NCBI GenBank assembly: GCA_030637655.1
Contig: DAOWGI010000115.1
Span: 1 to 55,201, forward strand
Direction of reading: 5' to 3'
Source: a candidate division FCPU426 bacterium
Lineage (GTDB): Bacteria; Oederibacteriota; JAAXVQ01; JAUVAV01
Length of the DNA: 55,201 bases
Below, in pieces: positions 10,697-20,651 of the stretch (position 1 is the first letter of the stretch; each line of letters opens with the position of its first letter). The notes beneath the pieces were generated by a model. It had not been told where the DNA came from, searched no databases, and was given only the letters and a program-made list of their open reading frames with translations. The position numbers were made by a program, and so were the translations under genes.

Positions 10697-11128
10697 CTAG
10701 TACGTTGTATAAGAATTTCCGCGTGAATCCAAACCTATCGAATTAACAAAAATTTGTCCGCTCTCATAGTTATAGTACCAGCCCCGACCGTATCCCTCTG
10801 GAACATTATTTCCATAGGTTACATCATTTCCTACCGGTGATAAGGCTCCGCCACGCGGATGAAGCTTATCCACTGGCGGTATAATTTCCAAATAACGGCT
10901 AAAAGGTGAGCCAGGACTCAGTTCTCTGGGAAATACCCCATTGTGATCCTGATAATACAAAAGAATCGCTTGCCGCAACTCATGCAAGCGCCCGATTGTG
11001 GTTCCTTCCCTGGTCTTCTCAGTCAATTGGGAAAAACGAATACCCACAATAACGAACAAAATAACCAGAATGACGCTCGGAATCATTATTCGCTTCAATT
11101 TCAAGGTTATCTCTGGTGTCGCTCCCAT
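10697..11128 (-). CDS. Pilin/GspG-like protein lacking a prepilin cleavage motif
   Basis: Hydrophobic helix, then RFSQLTEKTREGTTIGRLHELRQAILLYYQDHNGVFP and GWYYN, resembling pseudopilin alpha-1 and body. Confidence 0.6.
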   Translation of the reverse strand: MGATPEITLKLKRIMIPSVILVILFVIVGIRFSQLTEKTREGTTIGRLHELRQAILLYYQDHNGVFPRELSPGSPFSRYLEIIPPVDKLHPRGGALSPVGNDVTYGNNVPEGYGRGWYYNYESGQIFVNSIGLDSRGNSYTTY

Positions 11129-11177
11129 CTTAGTCCCTCCTTCAAGCCTTGATCAGCTGCCTGCCAATTCCATGCAC

Positions 11178-12020
11178 TTATTTTCTTTTACTGCCTGCTC
11201 TGACTGCCCGCGCCAAGGTGGCGTGCAATTCACGATTACCGGCCACAAATGAACCGTTGTAAATACTCAACGCGCGTCCGGAAAAATTGGTTATTTTCCC
11301 TCCGGCCTCAACAATAATAAGCGATGCTGCGGCCACATCCCAGGGTTTTAATTTATACTCCCAAAATCCGTCAAATCGTCCGCAAGCTACATCACAGAGG
11401 TCCAGGGACGCGGAACCTGCCCGGCGTACGGCTTGGCAATGCTCTGAAATATACTTAAACTCAGCAAAATTATTAATTTTACTGGTTTTCAAATCATAGG
11501 GAAATCCGGTTGCCAACAACGCCTGGCGAAAATGTTTGAGACCGGAAACCCGGATCCGTTTCCCATTCAGCCACGCGCCCTTACCCTTTTGCGCAAAAAA
11601 CAATTCCCGCAGCATGGGATTAAAGACTGCACCGAGAACGATTTCTCCCAGATACTCCACACCCGCTGAAACACCAAAATGTGGAAATCCGTGCGCGTAA
11701 TTCGTTGTCCCGTCCAACGGATCAATAATCCAACGTACCGTGCCTTGGGGGGCACAGGTTCTCGGGCAGTCCCGGCCGGCGCCTGTTATCATTTCCTCGG
11801 AAAGAATTTGATGGTCAGGATACTTTTTTTTAATGGCGCGCAAAAACATATCTTCAACCATATGATCCATTTCCGTAACTATGTCAATCTCACTTTTGAA
11901 AACAATACGGTGCTCTGCGTTTATCCGGCTTCGCAACAATCGTCCTGCTTTGACTACCAACTGCAACAAGAGTGCCTGCAGGTCTGAAAACCGTAGTTTG
12001 GTATGTGTTTTTTTAGCCAA
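11178..12020 (-). CDS. suhB: Inositol monophosphatase family protein (SuhB); TTG start at 12020 inferred, ORF open to 12104
   Basis: SEE, WIIDPLDGTTNYAHG, GFPYD, RRAGSASLDL, WDVAAA; GAAGGA RBS before TTG. Confidence 0.9.
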   Translation of the reverse strand: MAKKTHTKLRFSDLQALLLQLVVKAGRLLRSRINAEHRIVFKSEIDIVTEMDHMVEDMFLRAIKKKYPDHQILSEEMITGAGRDCPRTCAPQGTVRWIIDPLDGTTNYAHGFPHFGVSAGVEYLGEIVLGAVFNPMLRELFFAQKGKGAWLNGKRIRVSGLKHFRQALLATGFPYDLKTSKINNFAEFKYISEHCQAVRRAGSASLDLCDVACGRFDGFWEYKLKPWDVAAASLIIVEAGGKITNFSGRALSIYNGSFVAGNRELHATLARAVRAGSKRK

Positions 12021-12130
12021 CCGTCCTTCTCCATCTGCCGGCAAGAGCAATAATAAATGATATTGCGTATACCACGATTTCATTGTATCACTCGAACTTA
12101 TCAAGGGTCAATGAAAAGCACTATAACGCC

Positions 12131-12269
12131 GTATCACGTCAGTGAACTGCGGTTAAACAAAGGTTGTCATTCCCGAGGGTTTAATCGGGAATCTGGTTTT
12201 TTAAACCATATCCCCGATAAGAGCATTCGGGGATGACAAACAAAACAAATCGCTTGGCTGACAGATTAT
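12131..12269. mobile_element. MITE copy 2 (degenerate), carrying a GTCATTCCCG...GGGATGAC hairpin repeat
   Basis: gtatcacgtcagtgaac ... ctgacagattat; internal aactgcggttaaacaaagg nearly identical to copy 1; imperfect TSD ATAACGCC/ATAATACC; nested repeat at 12164-12239. Confidence 0.65.
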
Positions 12270-12408
12270 ATAATACCTTTCTATTCTGTCACTTATTAGT
12301 ATCGGTTATTTTACTCTCTGAATTGAATGCGAAAACGGGTTATTTCATAATAGTAGGAGCGACTCGCCTGTACCCGTCTTTTAAGTACGAGTCATCCCTG
12401 CCTTGTGA

Positions 12409-13995
12409 TTATTTGTTCCACTCACCCGGATAGACCGTAAAACGGATATTAAAATATCCCAGAAAAGCCCAGCCCTGATCCCAACGCAAATATGAAATAT
12501 CAAAATTGAACAACCGATCAATATGCAGATTGACCAGCACCGGATGCTGATCAGATTCCAGGTTGGCATTCACAGGATACATAATTTCCAAAGCTACATT
12601 CATACGCCGGATAATCGGAAAATCAAAGCCGGCGTAAAATACATTGCGAGTCCTTTCATTTTCCCCATGTCGCATATATTTCGAAAGATAGAATATCGGA
12701 TCTCCCATAGATCCAAATAAATATCCGCCATGAATGCCAAAGTCACCAATACTCTTGCTTAAACTGGCATACGCTCCCCAAATATAATCCAGTTCCGATT
12801 TTTCGGAAAAGGTAAAGCTTCCGCCACTGGCGCTTTGCTGACCGGCAAACAGGAGCACTCCTCCTTTTCCGCCTGCCGCAACAGCCACTGGAAAGTGCTC
12901 CTCTGTAATAAAAGTGAACTTCACATCACCGGTCAATAGCCAGAGACTGATCGGATCCAAATACAAGGCCAAGGGCGACAACTCTTCATCCTGTTCTCCA
13001 TACAGGGTCCCAATATAATACGCGAACTGCAGATCACCGGTAAAACCAGTGTCAGTGCGGCCCATTCCACGATAAGCCGTGGACATGAGAATAAGTCCGT
13101 TGCGACTTCGGGACCGGGCAAACGCGGTCACGGTTGTAGAAACTGCACTGGTTTGGCCGCGATTATCCACAGTGGCAATCTGATATTCATACAAGATTTT
13201 TGTAGTGCCGGTGTCATCATAGTATTCAGCCTTGGCTACCGGCGAATTGGTCAAACAGACTTTTTCTTTTTCACCTGGTAAAGATCGATAGATCAGATAC
13301 CCCTGAACATCATGCGAGGTTCTTTTCGCTTTTTTCCATTGTAATTGCACACGTTCTTCATGCACTGTGCTTTTTATTTCAGTAGGTACTTCAGGCGGTA
13401 CCGGAGGAGCCAGTTGCATGACAACCGGCCAGGAAGCAACCAAGGTCTGACCTTTGCTGTCCAAAGCGGTTACTTGGTAAATATATTGCGTTTTAGCCTT
13501 TACCCTAGTATCCAGATACGAGGCTTTGGCTTGAGGTGTATTGCCGGCAGCACACATGGTTTCATCCGTGATGGCTTTACGCACCCAATATCCTACAAAC
13601 TCTTTATAGGCAGTGCCCGTATTGCTCCAGGTCAAGGTAATAGTCTCTGCTGTAGCTGTAGCTGTTAACCCAAATGGATCAACGGCCATTGAGTCTGCGG
13701 TTTTGCCAACACCACAAGGATATATGCCTTCTGCCATGGTCATCACTTTCTCGAGTATAGGCGCAGACCGGGCTGTATCTGAATTTTCTTGGGCTTCATG
13801 TGGATTACCGTTTTGCTCATTGGGCCTCCAGAAGCGCGGTTTGGCTGTAGGCGTGGTTCCCTGTGCCTGAACTGTTTGTTTCTCTTTTTGGGCGATTGCC
13901 TGAAGTGCTTTTTCCAAGGGTGTTAAGGTTTTCGCGGCAACCAAGTGTGGAAACACACTAGAGAGCAGAACTAAAAAACCAAGTGTTTTCCACAT
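12409..13995 (-). CDS. Secreted/outer-membrane protein: two FN3-like domains plus a C-terminal beta-strand-rich domain
   Basis: Signal peptide; ITLTW..GYWVRK..YIYQVTALD and VQLQW..GYLIYRS..YEYQIATVD; amphipathic strands ending LGYFNIRF. Confidence 0.7.
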   Translation of the reverse strand: MWKTLGFLVLLSSVFPHLVAAKTLTPLEKALQAIAQKEKQTVQAQGTTPTAKPRFWRPNEQNGNPHEAQENSDTARSAPILEKVMTMAEGIYPCGVGKTADSMAVDPFGLTATATAETITLTWSNTGTAYKEFVGYWVRKAITDETMCAAGNTPQAKASYLDTRVKAKTQYIYQVTALDSKGQTLVASWPVVMQLAPPVPPEVPTEIKSTVHEERVQLQWKKAKRTSHDVQGYLIYRSLPGEKEKVCLTNSPVAKAEYYDDTGTTKILYEYQIATVDNRGQTSAVSTTVTAFARSRSRNGLILMSTAYRGMGRTDTGFTGDLQFAYYIGTLYGEQDEELSPLALYLDPISLWLLTGDVKFTFITEEHFPVAVAAGGKGGVLLFAGQQSASGGSFTFSEKSELDYIWGAYASLSKSIGDFGIHGGYLFGSMGDPIFYLSKYMRHGENERTRNVFYAGFDFPIIRRMNVALEIMYPVNANLESDQHPVLVNLHIDRLFNFDISYLRWDQGWAFLGYFNIRFTVYPGEWNK

Positions 13996-13997
13996 AA

Positions 13998-14585
13998 CTA
14001 GCCTCGTTTCACCGTGGATTTTTTTTGCTTTAGAAAATTCGCCAGCAAAGCACGCCCAGCCTCTGTGAGTATGGATTCCGGGTGAAATTGCACACCTTCA
14101 GTAGAAAAAAACCGGTGGCGAATACCCATGATTTCTTTCTCTTTTGTGCGGGCTGTCACCAGCAAGGATTTTGGCAGATTTTTTTGTTCAACCAGCAAAG
14201 AGTGATAGCGGGTAGCAACCAAAGGATTTGGCAATCCTCGAAACACTCCATGGTTATCATGCCAAACCTCCGATGTTTTCCCATGCATGAGACGTGAAGC
14301 TCTAACCACTTTGCCGCCAAACGCGTCCGCGATGGACTGATGTCCCAAGCAGACACCTAAAATCGGTATTTTCGGAGCAAAAGTTTTAATCACACGTACA
14401 GAAATCCCAGCTTCTTTGGGAGTGCCGGGGCCGGGAGAAATGACAATCTTGCCGGGTTTTAAACGGGCAATCCCGGGCAAATCAATTTCATCATTACGAA
14501 ACACCCTAATGGTTTCACCCAGTTCTCCAAAATATTGGACCAGATTATAGGTAAAGGAGTCGTAATTATCAATCATTAATATCAT
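13998..14585 (-). CDS. trpG: Anthranilate synthase component II (glutamine amidotransferase)
   Basis: [35 protein letters not shown]; overlaps the trpE stop. Confidence 0.93.
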   Translation of the reverse strand: MILMIDNYDSFTYNLVQYFGELGETIRVFRNDEIDLPGIARLKPGKIVISPGPGTPKEAGISVRVIKTFAPKIPILGVCLGHQSIADAFGGKVVRASRLMHGKTSEVWHDNHGVFRGLPNPLVATRYHSLLVEQKNLPKSLLVTARTKEKEIMGIRHRFFSTEGVQFHPESILTEAGRALLANFLKQKKSTVKRG

Positions 14586-16096
14586 GCTTTACGTCCTCCT
14601 GCTCTGGACTGTGCTTTATTAGCAGGCCAGCCTTGACTGGCCAATTCCAGGGCTTTTACTGTGGCTTGCATTTTATTTATGGTTTCTTGATATTCACGCT
14701 CTGGTTTGGAATCCGCTACAATCCCGGCCGCAGCCTGAAGGTGATATTTACCATTGGCATACAATATTGTTCGGATGGTAATCCCGGTATCCAAATTTCC
14801 GGAATAATCAAAATACCCAACTGCCCCGGCATAAGGACCCCGCCGACAAGTTTCCAGTTCTTCAATGATTTCCATGGAACGAATCTTAGGAGCTCCGGTC
14901 ACGGTCCCGGCCGGAAAAGCCGCCTCCAAGACATCAAATTGGTCGCGTTTGGGCAGTATTTTCCCTTCCACATGGGAAACAATATGCATCACATGCGAAT
15001 AGCGTTCAATCACCATCAGTTCCTGAACATGCACGGTTCCGGAACGCGAGACCCGGCCCAGGTCATTTCTTCCCAGATCAACCAGCATGATGTGCTCGGC
15101 CCGTTCCTTAGGATCCGCCAATAATTTTTTTTCCTGTTTTTCATCCTCAAGCGCGGTAGTGCCTCGCCGAACGGTTCCGGCAATTGGCCTGACGGCCAGT
15201 GTTTTCCCTGATTTCCTCACCAACAATTCCGGCGAGGAGCCTACCAATTCGCATTCCGGAAAACGGAGATAAAACATGTATGGAGAAGGATTGACGGCCC
15301 GCAGCGCGCGATAAACATCAAAGGGTGCTGCCGGCGCGGCTGCGCTTAAACGCTGTGATATCTGAACCTGAATAACATCACCGGCTTTGATGTATTCTTT
15401 ACAACGCTTTACATTCTTAATAAATTTATCATGCGTTACATTGGATTTAAGTTGCAGTTTTTTTCGGTTCGGCTTGCGCTGAGTATAGGGTATTGGCCGT
15501 TGCAGCTGGAGAGCCAGTTTTTGAATAGACCGAACTGCGCGTTGATAGGCCTGTTCCGGTTTGCCGATCACATGCGCATTGCTTACTATTTTAATAACAT
15601 GCTTAACATGATCAAAAACCAACAGATTTTCCGTAAACACCAACAAAACTTCGGGCAGACCTAAATCATCCGGATTGAGGTTTGGCAGTTTTTCAAAATA
15701 GCGGACCGCATCATAGGACAAATACCCGACCATACCGCCGTGAAAAGGCGGCAACTCCGGTGTTGAAACAACACGGTAGCGCTGTATCAACTTCCTCATT
15801 ACAGCCATGGGATCTCCGCCATGTGAAATTATGCGTGTTTTGTTATCCAGCGTATGCTCTACGATACCGCCACGCACTGCCACCCGTTCTGTGGGATTAG
15901 CTCCCAAAAAAGAAAAACGCCCGACCCTCTCACCCCCCTCTACACTTTCCAAAAGAAAAGCATTTGGCGCCTTATGGGCAATTTTCAGAAAAGCAGAGAC
16001 CGGAGTTTCAACATCTGCCGGTAATTCCGTATATACTGGAATTAAATTGCCCTGTTGGCAGCGTTTTTTAAATTCATTCAATGTTAGAGAATACAT
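14582..16096 (-). CDS. trpE: Anthranilate synthase component I
   Basis: LLESVEGGE (Trp feedback motif), [27 protein letters not shown]. Confidence 0.95.
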   Translation of the reverse strand: MYSLTLNEFKKRCQQGNLIPVYTELPADVETPVSAFLKIAHKAPNAFLLESVEGGERVGRFSFLGANPTERVAVRGGIVEHTLDNKTRIISHGGDPMAVMRKLIQRYRVVSTPELPPFHGGMVGYLSYDAVRYFEKLPNLNPDDLGLPEVLLVFTENLLVFDHVKHVIKIVSNAHVIGKPEQAYQRAVRSIQKLALQLQRPIPYTQRKPNRKKLQLKSNVTHDKFIKNVKRCKEYIKAGDVIQVQISQRLSAAAPAAPFDVYRALRAVNPSPYMFYLRFPECELVGSSPELLVRKSGKTLAVRPIAGTVRRGTTALEDEKQEKKLLADPKERAEHIMLVDLGRNDLGRVSRSGTVHVQELMVIERYSHVMHIVSHVEGKILPKRDQFDVLEAAFPAGTVTGAPKIRSMEIIEELETCRRGPYAGAVGYFDYSGNLDTGITIRTILYANGKYHLQAAAGIVADSKPEREYQETINKMQATVKALELASQGWPANKAQSRAGGRKA

Positions 16097-16116
16097 TTCT
16101 CTTCACCTTTATTCAC

Positions 16117-16350
16117 GGGCGAACACAAGGTTCGCCCCTACGTTTTATTTTGGGCAACCGCCAGGGTTGTGCCTGCGTTTTTTTTAGGGCGAACATCCGC
16201 CTTCGTTCCTGCGGAACTATGGCGTGACAAGCAAAGATTCACCCCTACGATTCGTTACCGGGCGCACTCGGTGCGCCCCTACATTTTTTTAGGGCAACCG
16301 CCAGGGTTGCCCCTACGATTCATTACCGGGTGCACTCGGTGCGCCCCTAC
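16117..16350 (-). repeat. Tandem array of six GTAG-REP hairpins
   Basis: Units GGGC-palindrome-CCCTAC at 16117, 16152, 16187 (with insertion), 16260, 16292 and 16328. Confidence 0.88.
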
Positions 16351-16730
16351 GTTTTATATGTTTCTTTAGGATCAAAAACCTTGTTTCCATCCTCGCGCAG
16401 TTTCCCGTCTGCTTCCATAACGCGATAAAAGCAGGAACGAAAACCCACATGACAAGCTCCGCTTACTTGCTGCACCTTCATTAGAATTGCATCTTGATCA
16501 CAATCAATCCGGATTTCTTTGACATGCTGCAAGTGCCCGGAGGATTCTCCCTTTTTCCAGAGTTTGTTCCGGGAACGACTGTAATAATGCGCCACGCCGG
16601 TTTCCATAGTCAAACGCAGCGCTTCTTCATTCATAAAAGCCTGCATCAAGACTTCCTGATTTTCCGCGTCCTGCACAATGGCCACAATCAGGCCCTGATC
16701 ATTAAATTTCATTCCTGCCGGAATAGGCAT
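16347..16730 (-). CDS. hisI: Phosphoribosyl-AMP cyclohydrolase
   Basis: [32 protein letters not shown]; monofunctional (no HisE domain). Confidence 0.95.
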   Translation of the reverse strand: MPIPAGMKFNDQGLIVAIVQDAENQEVLMQAFMNEEALRLTMETGVAHYYSRSRNKLWKKGESSGHLQHVKEIRIDCDQDAILMKVQQVSGACHVGFRSCFYRVMEADGKLREDGNKVFDPKETYKT

Positions 16731-16767
16731 ACTCTACTTCCTCCTAGTAATGAATTTATATTTGAAA

Positions 16768-17538
16768 TCAACGCAGTAGTCGAACCGGCACTCCGCGTTT
16801 TGCCAGATAGCGCTTGGTTTGCGCTATGGAATATTTGCCGTAATGAAAAATGCTGGCTGCCAGCACCGCATCCGCCCATCCTTGATCCAAGACATCAGCC
16901 AGATGTTTGAGCTGACCGGCGCCGCCGCTGGCAATCACAGGTACGGATACAGCTTTGGAGATGGTTCGGGTTAATTCAATATCATACCCGCTTTGCGTTC
17001 CATCACAATCCATGGAGGTCAACAGAATTTCACCAGCCCCCAGCGCTACCCCTTGTTTGGCCCAAGTGAGAGCATCCAATCCGGTAGGAGTACGTCCGCC
17101 ATGAATAAAAACTTCCCATCCCGGTTTCTTCCCAGTCCGTCTACGCGCGTCTATGGCCAAAACAATAGTGCTTCTGCCAAAAACTTCAGAGGCTTTGCGA
17201 ATCAAATCCGGATTTTGCACCGCGGTAGTATTGATCGAAACCTTATCCGCGCCGGCCCGAAGCAGTTCCCGTATATCCTGAATCGTTCGAATACCACCAC
17301 CCACGGTAAGTGGCATAAACACCTGCTCCGCGCAGCGCTCCACCACCCGAATCATGGTCTTACGGCTTTCCACACTCGCCGTGATATCCAGAAACACCAA
17401 TTCATCCGCGCCGGCCCGATCGTACACTTTGGCCTGCTCCACCGGATCCCCGGCATCACGCAAGTGAACAAAATTCACACCTTTGACCACACGTCCGTCT
17501 TTTACATCCAAACAAGGAATAATTCTTTTGGCTAACAT
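16768..17538 (-). CDS. hisF: Imidazole glycerol phosphate synthase cyclase subunit
   Basis: [29 protein letters not shown]. Confidence 0.98.
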   Translation of the reverse strand: MLAKRIIPCLDVKDGRVVKGVNFVHLRDAGDPVEQAKVYDRAGADELVFLDITASVESRKTMIRVVERCAEQVFMPLTVGGGIRTIQDIRELLRAGADKVSINTTAVQNPDLIRKASEVFGRSTIVLAIDARRRTGKKPGWEVFIHGGRTPTGLDALTWAKQGVALGAGEILLTSMDCDGTQSGYDIELTRTISKAVSVPVIASGGAGQLKHLADVLDQGWADAVLAASIFHYGKYSIAQTKRYLAKRGVPVRLLR

Positions 17539-17549
17539 ACCGTCAAATC

Positions 17550-18272
17550 CTAACTTGCTTCTGCAATTGCTTGTTTCAAATCAATGGCCCCGGTATAAAT
17601 GGCTTTCCCGATAATGCATCCACTGACCCCGTATTTCTCCAAATTCTTCAAATGCTTAATATCTTTCAAACTCGAAACACCACCTGAGGCGATGACTGGA
17701 ATGTTGATCGCACAGGCCAAGGCCTTGATGCTTTTAAAATTCGGTCCGGAAAGCAATCCGTCCCGTTTGACATCTGTAAAAATAATGGTTTTAATCCCAA
17801 CTTTTTCCAGTTCCCGGGCAAACTCGATGGTGCTTTTGTCCGTGGTATCTTTCCAACCCCTAATCGCGACCTTGCCATCGCGGGTGTCCAAACCGCCTAC
17901 AATCCGGCTGACGCCGAATTTTTTTATGGCCTTGGACACAAATTCCATGGAAAGCGCGTTGGTACCCAAGATCACCCGCTTGATACCATTATCCAACAGT
18001 TCCTTAATAAAGTCTAAATCGCGTACACCACCGCCAAACTGGATGGGAATTTTCACTGCTTTGGCTATTTGATAGACATGTTTTAAATTCTTCGGCACTC
18101 CGGTTAAGGCGCCATCCAAATCCACAACATGCAAATACTTAGCGCCTTTGAGTTTCCATAATTTTGCCATTGAAGCAGGTTCCTTGGAGTAGACGGTTTC
18201 ATCCCGCACTTCCCCCCTGACTAGACGCACACAGCGTCCTTTGCGTAAATCAATTGCCGGATAAATAATCAT
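17550..18272 (-). CDS. hisA: ProFAR isomerase
   Basis: [33 protein letters not shown]. Confidence 0.97.
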   Translation of the reverse strand: MIIYPAIDLRKGRCVRLVRGEVRDETVYSKEPASMAKLWKLKGAKYLHVVDLDGALTGVPKNLKHVYQIAKAVKIPIQFGGGVRDLDFIKELLDNGIKRVILGTNALSMEFVSKAIKKFGVSRIVGGLDTRDGKVAIRGWKDTTDKSTIEFARELEKVGIKTIIFTDVKRDGLLSGPNFKSIKALACAINIPVIASGGVSSLKDIKHLKNLEKYGVSGCIIGKAIYTGAIDLKQAIAEAS

Positions 18273-18276
18273 AGCC

Positions 18277-18891
18277 TCACTCCTTACGCGCCAACATACG
18301 AGCTAAATTATGATACACTTTCAGACCGATGCTCTGACTTTTTTCGGGATGAAACTGGGTAGCGCAAATATTTTTATGTCCCACAGCAGCTGCCACCTCA
18401 ATCCCGTAGGCGGTCGTCGCTAAAAGAACTTGGGTATCCTTGGGATCGCAATAAAACGAATGCACAAAGTACATATACGCGCCATCCGGAATACCTTGTA
18501 AAAACGGATTACGCTGCTGTATAGAGAGACTATTCCATCCCATGTGCGGTACTTTGAGATGTTTGGGAAACGGACGTACTCTGCCCGGAAAAAGTCCAAG
18601 TCCTTTAGTTTTACCGAACTCTTCTGAGGTATCAAACAACAATTGCATGCCTAAACAAATACCCAAAAAGGGTTTTCCGGACTGGACAAATTCCTTTAAG
18701 GCTCCAATTAGATGCTGCTTTTCCAAATGCTGCATGGCTTGTCCAAACGCCCCTACCCCGGGCAGAATAACCGCTGTGGCCTTGCGAATTTCTGCAGCCT
18801 TGGACACAATTTTCGATTTCAAACCCGCAACCGTACACGCTTTTTGCACAGAATGCAAATTACCCATGCGATAATCTACAATAGCTACCAT
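18277..18891 (-). CDS. hisH: Imidazole glycerol phosphate synthase glutaminase subunit
   Basis: GNLHSV, LPGVGAF, GICLGMQ, PHMGWN, QFHPEKS. Confidence 0.97.
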   Translation of the reverse strand: MVAIVDYRMGNLHSVQKACTVAGLKSKIVSKAAEIRKATAVILPGVGAFGQAMQHLEKQHLIGALKEFVQSGKPFLGICLGMQLLFDTSEEFGKTKGLGLFPGRVRPFPKHLKVPHMGWNSLSIQQRNPFLQGIPDGAYMYFVHSFYCDPKDTQVLLATTAYGIEVAAAVGHKNICATQFHPEKSQSIGLKVYHNLARMLARKE

Positions 18892-18960
18892 AACAAAAAA
18901 CCTTCATCCCTTTCTACTATCTATTCTCAAAAAACCGACTAAATGCTCACACTCCCAGGC

Positions 18961-19557
18961 CTATAGCAAACCCTTGGTGCTGGGAATCCCACGTTCCCGT
19001 TGACTTATGCTTAACGCCTGGCGCAAAGCACGTCCCAGTCCTTTGAAGGCGGCTTCCACCAAGTGATGCGTATTCCCAGTACTCTGCGGCATAATATGCA
19101 AGGTGATCCCTGCCGCATTGGACAAGGCCCGGAAAAATTCAACAATCAATTCCGTATCAAAATCACCCAAGCGTTTTTGCCGTAATTTAAGACCATACCC
19201 TAAAAAGGGCCGGCCTGATATATCCAAAGCCACTTGTACCAGAGATTCGTCCATAGGGATCAGTGCCCAACCGTACCGGGTAATTCCTTGCTTCTTGCCC
19301 AGTGCTTTTAGTATTGCCTGCCCTAAAGTAATCCCAATGTCTTCCACCAAATGATGCTGGTCCACTTCCAAATCACCTTTGGCCCGAATCTGTAAATCCA
19401 TCAGACTGTGTCCTGCCAGTAAGGTGAGCATATGCTCAAAAAAGGGCAGTCCAGTGGCCAATTGCGCCTGACCCGTGCCATCCAGGTTTATTTTTAGTTG
19501 TATGTTCGTCTCTTTGGTCTTACGAATAACAACAGCGCTTCGTTTTTTCGTTGCCAT
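18961..19557 (-). CDS. hisB: Imidazoleglycerol-phosphate dehydratase (monofunctional)
   Basis: RKTKET, HHLVED, PMDE, NTHHLVEAAFK, PSTKG. Confidence 0.97.
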   Translation of the reverse strand: MATKKRSAVVIRKTKETNIQLKINLDGTGQAQLATGLPFFEHMLTLLAGHSLMDLQIRAKGDLEVDQHHLVEDIGITLGQAILKALGKKQGITRYGWALIPMDESLVQVALDISGRPFLGYGLKLRQKRLGDFDTELIVEFFRALSNAAGITLHIMPQSTGNTHHLVEAAFKGLGRALRQALSISQRERGIPSTKGLL

Positions 19558-19562
19558 GTCAC

Positions 19563-20651
19563 TTACCCCTTCTGTGCTGACACTGCTGCGGTAAATTGTT
19601 TTATACAGGCCTCATTCTCTTCCGGCAAACCAATGGTAATACGCAAACACTCTCCCAGCCCCTCTGTCCTGGAAAAACCGCGAACTGCAATGTTGTTTTT
19701 CGCTAATTGCCCCTTGATCCTCTCGGCCTCGGAAACGCGTACCAGGATAAAATTGGCCTGACTGGGATATACGATTACGCCCGAACATTTTGCCAAGGCC
19801 GCGCTAAGCCGTTCGCGTTCCTGAATGATTTTCCGCGCATTTTTTTGCCATAAATCATTATTCCGGATCGCAGTAATTGCCACCTGCTGGGCAAAAGCAT
19901 CCATATTGTACGGTAGACGTACCCGGTTTAAGGTCTCCACCACATCCGGGTGGCCCAGCAAATACCCAATGCGTACACCGGCTGCTGACATCGCCTTGGA
20001 ATACGTACACAATACGGCCAGGTTAGGAAACTCTGGTAAATACGGAACCATAGATTGGTTGGAAAACATTCGGTATGCCTCATCTACAACCACCAAACGA
20101 TCTGTGGCCCGAATGATCTCCAGAATCCGCTCAACGGCAAACACATTGCCCGTTGGATTGTTCGGACTGGAGATGAAAACCAAGCGTGTGTTTTCCGCGT
20201 TGATCTCCCGCATCATGGCCGGCATATCCAACAACCAATCCTCTTGTAATCGGATACCCACTGGTGTGCCACCCAGGGCAATGGTGAGCAACCGGTACAT
20301 GCTAAAGGTAGGAGTTGGAAAAACCGTCTTGGTTCCCGGTCCGCCATAACACACCAACAGATCACGAATAATTTCATCCGAGCCATTCCCAAACAAAATC
20401 TGGTTGACCTCAACCTTTTCCTGCTTAGCCATAGCCTGCCGTACTGCCAGGCACTCAGTATCCGGATACCGATTCCAGGTTTGGGTCGAGAATGCTTCCC
20501 AAATAGCCTCTTTCAGTACTTTTGGCATATCAAAAGGGCTCTCATTGGCATCTAAACGAATACCCGGACCAATCGGTTCCGGGGTATACGGTTGCAGACT
20601 ACGTACTTCGGGCCTAATCCATTCTCGCAATCGTTTTACGCGCTCTTCCAT
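19563..20651 (-). CDS. hisC: Histidinol-phosphate aminotransferase
   Basis: LDANESP, GNGSDE, SPNNPTG, DEAY, TYSKA..AGVRIGY. Confidence 0.95.
   Translation of the reverse strand: MEERVKRLREWIRPEVRSLQPYTPEPIGPGIRLDANESPFDMPKVLKEAIWEAFSTQTWNRYPDTECLAVRQAMAKQEKVEVNQILFGNGSDEIIRDLLVCYGGPGTKTVFPTPTFSMYRLLTIALGGTPVGIRLQEDWLLDMPAMMREINAENTRLVFISSPNNPTGNVFAVERILEIIRATDRLVVVDEAYRMFSNQSMVPYLPEFPNLAVLCTYSKAMSAAGVRIGYLLGHPDVVETLNRVRLPYNMDAFAQQVAITAIRNNDLWQKNARKIIQERERLSAALAKCSGVIVYPSQANFILVRVSEAERIKGQLAKNNIAVRGFSRTEGLGECLRITIGLPEENEACIKQFTAAVSAQKG

Noticed and set aside
11178-12020. HisN histidinol-phosphatase completing the his operon
   Set aside because: GFPYD and RRAGSASLDL are SuhB-type and the gene is separated from the operon; not excluded, but unsupported.
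16117-16350. CRISPR array
   Set aside because: The units are variable palindromes separated by only about 10 nt, with no constant repeat/unique spacer pattern and no cas genes. They are GTAG-REPs.
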